This document shows positions 52,506 through 64,000 of a stretch of 64,000 bases of DNA, one piece after another. The position numbers and the translations under genes were made by a program. The notes under the pieces are model-generated. The model saw nothing but the letters and a program-made list of their open reading frames with translations, searched no databases and was not told the DNA's origin. The stretch covers positions 32,364,001-32,428,000 of the forward strand of contig OX597821.1 in assembly GCA_951406725.2 (NCBI GenBank), in the 5' to 3' direction. Numbering within the stretch: position 1 is the stretch's first letter; each line of letters begins with the position of its first letter. The stretch is from Octopus vulgaris. Taxonomy: Eukaryota.

Positions 52506-54316
52506 GCCATCCACATATCTTTCTACAATTCTCTCTATCTCTTACCCTTTCTCTGAATATATATACACATACATATTATAAAGAAGCAGAAAGATGATCA
52601 TCATCATCATGATCATCATGATCATCATCGGCGTCGTCGGCGTCGCCGTCAGCAGCAACATCATCACCATTACCAATAAATATGACAAGAATTAAAAGAA
52701 CGCGGGTTTTCAGGAAATGATATTAGGAAAAAGGGATATGGGTGGAGATAGTAGCATAAATTTATTAACAAGTATATTGTAATTGAGGTGAACTGAAAGG
52801 TTTAAGGTGAAAATGAAAAATATATTGCGCAGTATTCTGGCATATTTTTACGTGTGCGGTGTATGTATGTGTGTGTCCGTGTGTGCTTATCAGTGAGTGA
52901 GTGTGTGTGTATCAATGTGTGCTTGAGCACTCGCGCCAGAATGTCGTGCATTTTTTTCAATTTCACCTCAATTATAATATATTAATTAATAACTTTATGT
53001 TATTCTCCTCCCCTATACTTTTCTTTTCTCTTTTTATTTCTTTCCTTCTTTTATTCATATTCTTGTTTGAACTATTTTACTATTACCTACGTTTTATATT
53101 TGCTCACCTTTGTCTTAATTTTCACATTTCTCATAGTGACACTCTCAGAGAATCTCTTTTTCTATCTGTGCCTCTATCTGTAACTCTCGCTCTCTCTTTC
53201 TTTTCCTACCTTCCCCTCCCTCACTTGCTATGCCTCTATGAATCTATCTTCCGAAAGAGAAATATTCTAAATATTTCTCCATCGCCAATACCACAGGAAA
53301 AATAAAAAATATATGAAAAAATATCTCGGAAGAGACCTAAACTAATAACCGTTATTCTTTTATCGTTCTAATCATATTTTGGTATTGTTTTCTCAACCAT
53401 GCTTTTGTGGTTTTCGTTATATGTATATATTCAATTTGTTTTCGCAGTCATTCATCGTTTTGATGCCATCAAACAATATAGGAAATATTCTGTCTTGCAC
53501 AGTTTATTGCGGTTGTGGTTATTTTCATCATTTTATTTATCATCACCATCATCATCATCCTCGTCGTCATCGTTGTCATCGATACCATCATCATCATCAT
53601 CATCACTACCACCACCACCAGCATCATCATCATTATCATCATTATTATTATTATTATTACTATTTTTAAAGCGGTCGATTATATAGAATGATCGTGAGGA
53701 TAATGATAATAATGATGAAGGGGATGTCGTAGGAAGTGAGTCTATTCACTTAATTAGTTCGATTATAATTAGCTAGATATATAGAGAGATAGAAAGAAAA
53801 GCAGATAGATAATTGTCTGACAGATAGATCGATGTAGCACTGTGCTACAAATATCGCAAATTCAAGGTAAAATTTCAAATTATTTATTCTGATTAATAAA
53901 CGTTACGTAAACTTCGTAGATAGTTACATGCATGTTTCTAATTTCACATTGACTAAAACAATACCTGACTAGCTCAAAAGTAATCTGTCAGCTGGAAATT
54001 GTTTGCTCTAAAGTTAAATACGCCAAACGATTTCTAGTAGCATAGCATTAACATTCCATGGATTTTCTTTCTCGTAGCCGGCATGAATTTAAAGTTATTT
54101 TAGCTCTGTTTCAAAATTGTAATACATTTATGTAATTTATACTATATTGACAACTGTTATTACAATAGTGAACTGTGCCAATTAGACAAATCCAAATATA
54201 TACATATTATCCAACAAATGAGGATAGAGTCTCCCTGCTAAATGAATATCTGAATAAGAACCATAAATCTATCGATTTGTATTCAAACAGAATGATTACC
54301 TATCCTATAGCATTTG

Positions 54317-54358
<42 letters not shown>

Positions 54359-54451
54359 TTATATAAATAAAGATAAGATCGTTAATTTCATTATCGATCT
54401 TATCAAGTGGCCAGCATGGGAATAAAAACATTCAAAGGTAGTAATTATTAT

Positions 54452-54667
54452 TAAAATTATAATTTGGGGTATCTAAGGGATACCGCCACGCTGGAAATAG
54501 CAGCTAAAACCTGACTCTAAATCCACATTAAATGTTCATACAGCACCAGGAGAGAAGATTTTGTTTTTTGTCTTTTTTCATGGTGCTGTATGAACATTTT
54601 ATGTGGTTTTAGAGTCAGGTTTTCGCTGTTATTTCCAGCGTGGCGGTATCTCTTAGATGCCCTAAAT

Positions 54668-54677
<10 letters not shown>
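54452..54677. repeat. Fold-back with ~107-bp arms and a 12-nt loop
   Basis: 54452-54558 is the imperfect reverse complement of 54571-54677. Confidence 0.9.
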
Positions 54678-54707
<30 letters not shown>

Positions 54708-54716
54708 ACCTATAAA

Positions 54717-54933
54717 AATTGATAATTACATAGAGTATAGGTTTGGTATAAGTCTTTACTTTGTACTACGATCGTTTCATCCCATGTTGCTACTGTCCCG
54801 TATTGGTGAGATTCTATGCATCATGTGTTGTATCCATTTTGCAAGACAACATGATGTAGCAAAACAGGTCGAAACGATTGTCGTACTAAGTAAAGACTAA
54901 TACTAAACCAAAGTTCTATCTAATTAATCAATT
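54717..54933. repeat. Inverted repeat (~77-bp arms), each arm carrying a hammerhead 3' half; Penelope inverted-pLTR-like
   Basis: Arms 54717-54793 and 54856-54933; GAAAC-GATC-GTA on the minus strand and GAAAC-GATT-GTC on the plus strand. Confidence 0.7.
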
Positions 54934-56775
54934 ATTATCTCAACAAACACTGGAGAATTCCTGAAGTGGATCCAATTGAAATATTCCCCAACTGCGGATG
55001 ACATTATGTAGTCCCAACTGTGCCAGGGCTTAACTTAACGCATCAACACACTAATTGACATATGCATATTATTTTAAAATATTACATATACATGTATGCA
55101 TATAGATGTGTGTATGTATACACAAACATACATTGAAATGATAGACTTACTGATAAATTATATCAGTAGGTATATGTCTATATACATATATATATATACG
55201 GATATATATATGTGTGTGTGTAAGAGAGAGTTTTTATGTATGTATGTATGTATGTATGTATGTATGTATGTATGTATGTATGTATGTATACATATATGCA
55301 TACATGTGCATGTACGCAGGTTTGGAAACCAGTCAACACCACCGTAAATCGAAAGACATTTTCTCGGCCTTCTCATAAGCGATTAACACCTTATGATCGT
55401 CCTATCATTTCCATGTTTGTTTCTTTTTTGTCTCTTATTTGTACCTTTTTTTTCTGATGTCACACTATACAATATATATACAAGTGTGTGCTTGTGTTTG
55501 GGGCAAGCCGATATATTTTATCAGTAAGTTCATGCCATCATATAGGATGATCTCTACGTATTCAAATATTCTTTAGGTGAGTAATTTAAGTTAAATATAA
55601 CTTTTTTTATTCACAGTAGAAATATATAATCACTCAACAAATGACAGATGTTTAACTCTTAAAGTCTCTGCTTGGTGAGAGGTGTGTGTGAATCTTGGTA
55701 TCACTTCTATGTAATTTATTAAAACTTTCGATAACTGAAATGTTAAACTTTGAAAGTGATACAGATTTCAATTTGTGTTAAGTTTGAGGCATTTTGATAA
55801 AATGTCCGATAAATTCCCAAAACAACTACATATGCTAGGTTGTTTGTAAAACATTTTTTTTCAACCCTGTGGTTTCGGAACATTGATTTATTAATGGTGG
55901 AGTGAGTATGCTGACAAATAATTACATTTCCGTTGATACTGATTGATTTAGTCGATCATTGAAACTGGAAATGTTAAATCATTTGAATGTGCCTGCTGTA
56001 GGTTATCCAGGCTTCACATTAATTTAACAAGACAGTAAACAGATAAACTTAATACAGTTCAATAGTTGTATGTGTTCGTGTCTTTCTCAAATCGAACTCA
56101 ATTATTAAAAGTTCCAAATATTTTCACTGCCTTCCCAAGTCGGTAGTAAATTTATTTACATATGGTAAGTTATATTTTATGTCACAGATATAAAGTGTTG
56201 CCAAATTTTTCAAACCTTTCAATTAGTATTGAAGCTTGTAGTGTTCGAAAACGAGTTGTGAGAGCTGAATATCTGACTGCATATACCGTGATATATCACG
56301 ACAATTTTTATCATGTAATAACAGATATAACTTAATCTGAAATGTATATATGGGAATGGGGGAAACGAACATAACAAACCAATTCAAAAAGATCGGCTCT
56401 AAGTTAATCTTCTTTCAATAAATTACAAATATATGATAGCGTTGCAACAGATTTCAGGAACTTCTCTGCTTAATGTACCCTGTGCACTCGCTTTGTACAG
56501 AGAATTTCCAGTTTCATTTTTTTAGGAATATGTAAAAATATAGAATTGCATGACAATATAGAATCTGTACATCCAAACTTAGATGCATTATTCACTGCAG
56601 AAGCATTGAAGATTGTGAAAACAATGAGCAATTTTCAGTCATCCGAATACTTTCTGGTAACAACCTACGAACAGTATATCTTCAGCATCAAAAGCATATG
56701 GAATGTAGAGCCTAACTAGATCCAATTAGAAAAGTAGCAATGATTTAATTCATACGTCTGAAAATAAAACAAAAT

Positions 56776-57164
56776 TGTGTGGTAAGTAGCTTGCTTACCA
56801 ACCACATGGTTCCGGGTTCAGTCCAACTGCGTGGCATCTTGGGCAAGTGTCTTCTACTATAGCCCCGGGCCGACCAAAGCCTTGTGAGTGGATTTGGCAG
56901 ACGGAAACTGAAAGAAGCCCGTCGTATATATGTATATATATATATGTACGTGTGTGTATATGTTTGTGTCTGTCCCCCTAGCATTGCTTGATAACCGATG
57001 CTGGTGTGTTTATGTCCCTGTAACTTAGCGCTTCGGTAAAAGAGACCGATACTAGGCTTACAAAGAATAAGTTCTGGAGTCGATTTGCTCGATCGACTAA
57101 AAGCGGTGCTCCAGCATGGCCGCAGACAAATGACTAAAACAAGTAAAAGAGAGTAAAAGAGAGA
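56776..57164 (+). mobile_element. SINE family A, slightly 5'-truncated
   Basis: Matches the other family A copies from TGTGTGGTAAGTAGC to the AAAAGAG tail. Confidence 0.9.
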
Positions 57165-57479
57165 TACAAAAATATATTATTAGTCCCATTTCAATTGACT
57201 TATATTTATGTTTCTATATCTTGATTACTTCCGGTTGGTTCAACGTTTTCAGCCAAACCCTCGGTTGAATATATGCCGTAGCCTTTAGTTATTTATGCAT
57301 ATTAATCATGTTATTTGAATGACTTAAACGTGAGGAGGCTATTTTCAGGCAAATGAATTAAATCATTGCTAATTTTCTCATTAGATCTAGACAGGCTCCA
57401 TATTCTACATTCTTTTGTTGCCGAAAAATGTTTGCCTCTTTTGTTTCACAAATGTGAATGTCTGTTTGCACAATGCTTA

Positions 57480-57610
57480 GGGTTGACCTGTGACGGTGCA
57501 TACCTAAGAATTATGTTAAGTGTGTGCATGTCTATAGAGTGGTCAGCACATTAATTTTGAGAGCAGGCTGTTCCGTTGATCAGATCAACTGGAAGCCCCG
57601 TTGTCGTAAG
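57480..57610 (+). mobile_element. SINE family C 3' relic
   Basis: GAGCAGGCTGTTCCGTTGATC.GATCAAC.GGAA matches 34600-34650. Confidence 0.7.
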
Positions 57611-59373
57611 GTTTGACTTAAAACGTAAAATATTTAATGTGCATTTCGTGTTTAAGAATTAAATAACGTCAGTATATTTAACGATGACATTTATTAGTCA
57701 GTAAGTAGGAGAAAATATATGCGTAAGCTGACATTATTATTGCATTTCACTCAAACTATCAAGAAACTCGTTAAGAAAAAATATATTCTGTAAATTTATG
57801 TATATATACATGGGTCATGTCAATAGTAGGTCATGTATCTGATGGGAAACCTGCAAATTCTTCGGGGGTCCCAAAAGAACTAGATTAGATGCATGCAAAT
57901 CAGTAGATTTACATTTAATCAAACAGTCATTCACTTTTGACAGAAAAGATTGCCGTGACACAGAGATCGCCGTTAAACAGTCGTAGGACGTAATAGGAAG
58001 ATCACCCAAATCAATCTCGAATAATACACTGTCGTCTTGAATTTAACAGATCATATTTGAGAATGCAGTAATGGATATACAAATGGACGGAAGGATCCAG
58101 GATGAAACACCTTTGTTCACAATTTTATTGAAAGTAAAATGACCGTGGCCTTACAGTGACAACATTACTAACATTATTGACTTACTAGTACTATTGTTTT
58201 CCGGTCCACAGCAGTTTACATAATACAGAGATACAGATCACCAAAACGCTTAAGAATCTTTGATATGCAAGTATGAAATTCTGACATTATAATCAATTAG
58301 GTGTAAATGATGTACATGAGGGCAGATACCCTTTTAGAAGTAGTTTCTTCTTAGCACAGTCTGCGTGATACAAGGAAACTTTTGAAGAAACGGTTGATTT
58401 ATATTTTACTTACATAAAATATAAGTCATGGGTTCCTTTAAGCAAACAAATTGACGTCATAAGACTCAAACACTTCTACTATTGATTTTGACAAATTTCT
58501 CTTCAAGTGTTTTCTTTCAATTTGTATTTCCTAATTTAAATATTTTATTCACTCGCATCTGATTTTCAACATATGTTTTCCCATGATGATAAACATTAAT
58601 GCGAAATATAAATGATAATTCCCAGAGTACATATGTTTAATTTCAAATTTAAATCAAAGACCTTTTTTAAAAAATCTCCTGATGAAACACCAGCTGCGTA
58701 TCTTTTCTGTCTTTTATTAAACGACTGACTCGCCGGACGATTAGTACACCGAAATTTGTGGGCATGTAGCAATGCGGGCATTGTCATTTGACTGACAAAA
58801 TGTAGCAGCTAAAATTTTACTAAAACCAAAAATGGCTACTTACAAACAAGGATACAGTGGAGACTACAGCACAGCGGAGATTATAATTACGTGATAACCA
58901 TAGCCTGGTCACCCTTGCATAATCACAGTTCACGTGAGGCTGCACAAATTAACAAGAGCAAATTCTCTACTTTTTATATTCATTTTGTTATAAGTTTTGT
59001 TTGTATGATATATTTAGCAATCGTTTATATCTAAAGCGTAAATGTGAATTATATTTCCTCTGTGCATATGTAATAATACATCGGTGTATTGGGGTATTAT
59101 ACACCCAATCGATGAATAAGTTGTCATATTAGATATCAGACAAATAATGCTTGAATATGTTAAAATATAAAATGACCGGGGAACCTTTAATAAAACAAGT
59201 AAGAACCGCAAATTCATGGATGTAGCTTATATCATGACCGCCCAAAAAGTGACATACACGCGCTGGCACACACACACACACACACATATATATAATATAC
59301 ATATACACTCCCCCACAAACACGCACGCGCACGCAAACATACACAAACTTACACACGCACACATACACACATA

Positions 59374-59698
59374 AATATATTGTGTAAAGGATCGTGGGTA
59401 AGGCCAGAACAATGTCAAGTAAAGGTAAGGCAAATCACAAGAAAACAAATCTATGAATTAATATAGACTTACTTTACATACAATATTTTGAGGTTATAAT
59501 CCCATCCTCAAGAAATTAATGAATGTCGCAGATGTGCACATCTGCGACGTTATTCAAATTGTTGAGGATGGGATCATAACCCCAAAATATTGAATGCAAA
59601 GTAAGTCTACATTAATTTATATATTTGTTTTCTTGTGATTTCCTTGCATTTACTTAGATTTGTTCTACCCTTACCTACGATTCTTTATACAATATATT
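59374..59698. repeat. ~325-bp loopless imperfect palindrome
   Basis: Perfect core GTCGCAGATGTGCACATCTGCGAC (59525-59548); symmetry extends ~160 bp on each side. Confidence 0.92.
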
Positions 59699-59744
59699 CT
59701 ACAGAATGACTCATAGTAATTATTCCACATAAATATATATATTT

Positions 59745-59930
<186 letters not shown>

Positions 59931-60040
59931 TTATAAACAAGGTCAATTGTTTATCATTTTAACCTTTAAAGGTATTTTAATATGCTGCCACGTTTTTGAT
60001 GAAATTCTTTTTCTGTAAAACACTTCATCCTATATTAGTA

Positions 60041-60118
<78 letters not shown>

Positions 60119-60163
60119 AGTGAGTGAGAGATAGAAGAGAGAGTCACACAGGGATAGATAGGC

Positions 60164-60252
<89 letters not shown>

Positions 60253-61271
60253 TGGGGCCATGCAGGCATGTTTTCATATGATTCTTTGTGTGCATGCGTG
60301 TCTGCATCATCAATACCTCTACAACTGAGATAGAAAATATTGATACATATTTCTAAGTTTACACCACCGTTATTTCTTTTAAAATATGTTTACACCTTGA
60401 GAGAGATAAGACGTTTCACATACACAAGGTAATTTATAATATAGTTAAAAAAATATAAATAAATATTTAATTATTGAAATATTGTTTTTTGAAAATATAC
60501 ATAGACTTAAAAACACATATATTTGCTGACTCAATAACGTTTTCTGTCTAAATTATGCATGAGGAATGCTTTGAAGATGTTATCACAATTCTAAAGAGCC
60601 GAAGAATCTAAAATAATCTTCGTTGACTTTTCCCAGTTATTTATTTTTTTCCCTAACCATTCTGTATCTTATCTTACAAATTCTCTCTCCCTCTTCTGCA
60701 TTACTCATTCTAGTTCCTCTATGTATCTCGATCTCTCTAAGCCTCTCTCTTTTTCTATCTCTCTTTTCCCCTGTCTATCTATGTAGCTATATCTCTAACT
60801 CTCTCGTTCATTTTCTTCTGCCTGCCCTCTCTCCCTCTCTTTCTCTTTCTCTTTCTCTTTCTCTTTCTCTCGCTCCTGTGCTCTCTCTTTGAGTTTTACT
60901 ATAATTTTGGCAACATCTATTTCGTCTGTTTTCATGTTCAACAATTTCAACACTTTCTAAACAACATCATCGTTTTTAAATATTGTATCACCGTCATCAT
61001 CATCGTACATCATCAATCATGATCATCATCCATCTTCATCATCATCATCATCATCGTCGTCGTCGTCATCATTGCCGTCATCATCATCATCATCATCATC
61101 GACCCGCTCCTCGTCGACACCTTTTTCCCCCCGATGCAATCATAGATGTCTTTCGCTTTGTCATTAATGATTCTGTGATTACATTCTCTGTCGTTAATGT
61201 TATTCATTGTTTCAATTGACTTCTTTTTCTTGATTTTACATTTCTATTCACCCTTTAGCAACTTCCTTTTG

Positions 61272-61302
<31 letters not shown>

Positions 61303-61520
61303 GTCATCATATTCATCATCATCATCATCATCATCATCGTCGTCGTCGTCATCATCATCATCGTCGTCGTCATCATCATCAACTTTCATCATCATTTTTT
61401 ACCATCTCAATCTAAATGACATTTAATATTTGAACATAAAGTAGCAAAGAAGTAAACTTGTTTTCTTCTTAAGGATAATAAATGCAACTCACACACACAC
61501 GCACACACACATACACACAT

Positions 61521-61575
<55 letters not shown>

Positions 61576-61576
<1 letters not shown>

Positions 61577-61735
61577 GTCGCAAGCAAGGCTGTCTGGGGA
61601 GGAGCTTGCTTCCGAACCATATGGTTCCGGGTTCAGTCTCATTGCGTGGCACCTTGGGCAAGTGTCTTCTACTCTAGCCTCGGGCCTTGTGAGTGGATCT
61701 GGTAGATGGAAACTGACAGAAGCCTGTCGTGTATA
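61576..61735 (+). mobile_element. SINE family A 5' part, diverged
   Basis: ATGGTTCCGGGTTCAGTC...CCTTGGGCAAGTGTCTTCTAC, ending at the internal microsatellite. Confidence 0.75.
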
Positions 61736-61762
61736 TACATATATTGATGCATATTCTTTCGT

Positions 61763-61794
<32 letters not shown>

Positions 61795-62686
61795 TTGTGT
61801 GCGTGTGTGTGCGCAAAAAGAAAAAGATTGACGGAGATAGGTATTTTGTAGATTGCAAATTTTAGTTAAATCTGAAAATTAAAAGCGTAGTTAATGTGTC
61901 TCCACGTTACTTTACGGGACTTGAGAGTACTTGAGAGTATGAGACTTTATTATTTTCTTTTATACGTAAAGAAATCTTGTTCGTATGATTAACGTAATTA
62001 TATGCTGAGTAGAGCAGTTAGAAGTGAAAATTGTAAGGATTTTTGCACTTAATTATACTTGCAAACATTCTGAATAACGTAGTAGCAGAATTGATGATCA
62101 TGGAGTTTAATTTTGCCATGTGTTTTAAGAAAACTCAGGCCAACAAACGTTTAAATCTTCAGTGCTGCATTTATCTAACTTAAAATGGTTACTCTTCCGC
62201 TATCTCAATTTGTGTCAATTGAAGGTGCCATAGTTATAATTTTATATAGTAAACATTGCACATAAAATCACTTTGTAATGATGTGTTATATCAATATATA
62301 GTAACGATAATAGGAATTAACGGGAATATGTTGGTCTTCGCTTCGTTTCACTTCTTTGAATCAGTTTAGTTATAGACAGAGGCATTCATAGTTACGCGTG
62401 ATATCAAGTCCCAACCAGCTAAGAAAGCATTCGGACTGTAATACGCTTAGGTTCATCTTAGCTTTACACAGTCATTGCTAATTTAAACTTTACTAGGATA
62501 ACCTATCCTACGTTCTTTGGTGAATCCTAAAATAATATTCCCCAATAAGCTCGCAAACCCAGTAAACAAATCTAATTACACAGGTTAGAACATTGGACTG
62601 AACTCAACGATTTAACTTTCACATTCTCGAAACAAAGGGTAAATATCAGATGATATATCAGATATATGTATATGTATGTATATATA

Positions 62687-63240
62687 CAGGGGTTGGACAA
62701 AATGATGGAAACACCTAGCATCATAGCATCCTAATTTTGAAATATCTATAAAACCGTCATAAGCTTGTTTATTTTTATGTTTTTTTTATTTGTTATTAGT
62801 GTTGCATAACATGTTTTGCTAAAATTGCTGTTTATTTTCAGATATCATCAGAAAAAGATAATTAAAATTCATTAAAATGACAGATCTGTCGGACTGCTCG
62901 TATGTCAGGTGATAGTATAACGCAAGTAGTCGAAATGTTTGCTGTATCAAAAAGTACTGTCTTGAAAGTAATTACTTACTACCTTTCAGAAACAGGGAAA
63001 AACCTCCTCGTCGAAACAAATCTCCAGAAGAAAACCAAAACTTTCAGATAGGGAGAGTCGGACGCTTACCCGTATTGTTAGAAAGGATCACAAAAGTACA
63101 GCTTACAAAATTACTGCAGAGTTTAATGACCACCTCGAGAACCCAGCTGCCCACAAAAACTATTTGCGGGCAGCTGCACAAAGCCGGATTTCACGGGAGG
63201 ACTGCAATCAGAAAACCACTACTTTCAAACACAAACGTTA
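62687..63240 (+). mobile_element. Tc1-family transposon 5' fragment
   Basis: TA|CAGGGGTTGGACAAAATGATGGAAACACC TIR; frameshifted transposase N-terminus from ATG 62877 (MTDLSD, RRKPKLSDRE, LHKAGFHGRTAIRKPLLS); truncated at a microsatellite. Confidence 0.85.
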
Positions 63241-63305
63241 TATATGCATGTAAATATGTATATATGTACGTGTGTGTTTGTGTGTGTATATATATGTGTA
63301 TATAA

Positions 63306-63534
63306 GGTGGCGAGCTGGCAGAGACGTTAGCACTCCGGACGAAGTGCTTCGCGGCATTTTGCCCGTCGCTACGTTCTGAGTTCAAATCCCGCCGAGGTCG
63401 ACTTTGCCTTTCATCCTTTCGGGATCGATAAATTAAGTACCAGTTACGCACTGGAGTCGATGTAATCGACTTAATCCGTTTGTCAGTCTTTGTTTGTCCC
63501 CTCTATGTTTAGCCCTTTGTAGGTAATAAAGAAA
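63306..63534 (+). mobile_element. SINE family B, full-length monomer
   Basis: Head, B-box GAGTTCAAATCC, central domain and tail GTAATAAAGAAA as in 1630-1859. Confidence 0.9.
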
Positions 63535-64000
63535 CATATATACATGTATATGTGTATATATATTTTATATGCTACACATGTATGGGCATTTTGCGATACA
63601 CTCATACACACATACACACACACGCACACGTAATATATATATAGAGAGAGAGATAGTGAGAGAGAGAGAGAGAGCAAGGGGAGAGAGAGGGAGAGAGAGA
63701 GAAAGAAAGTGAAAGCAAAACTAGTCTTTAATTCAAGCTGACATATGAAGAAATACATTATGAATTAATCTGTTGTATCCACAAATAATAGTGACCAGAT
63801 AAACCGTTGACTATTCTGCATTTACTAGAAATATTTATAAACTTCTAGTATTTACTTTGGCATGAAATGGGTGACGGCTTTTCTGATGTAGATTTCATTA
63901 GATTAAGAACTAGTCAAACGAATCCCTTTTTTCTGGTCACGGACAGATTAAGACACTGGAGAAACCATTTACCTTTCACAGTGGACTGAAATTATATTTT

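Overview
AT-rich, microsatellite-saturated eukaryotic DNA with no recognisable intact host gene. The repeat inventory (three tRNA-derived SINE families, Tx1/L1, R4/Dong and RTE LINE relics, Penelope-like remnants, Helitrons, Tc1/mariner relics) suggests a coleoid cephalopod, most likely Octopus, intergenic or long-intron region; this is inferred from recognised repeat families and was not checked against a database. Almost all listed ORFs are microsatellite read-throughs or decayed transposon frames. The most interesting signals are RNA-level or structural. (1) A SINE forms head-to-tail arrays with a recurring internal junction and shares its extreme 3' end with a probable Tx1-type LINE tail, which suggests self-targeted retroposition. 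(2) There are several minimal hammerhead-ribozyme-like motifs, one with a compensatory U3:A8 core and a pair in inverted orientation. (3) A hairpin-dense, GC-rich 190-nt island resembles an RTE 5' leader. (4) A GG-ended MITE with 8-bp target duplications carries TTAGGG repeats (3 copies). (5) There are several long fold-backs and one pre-miRNA-sized hairpin. All alignments were done by eye, and relic boundaries are approximate. None of this proves a new system; these are testable candidates.
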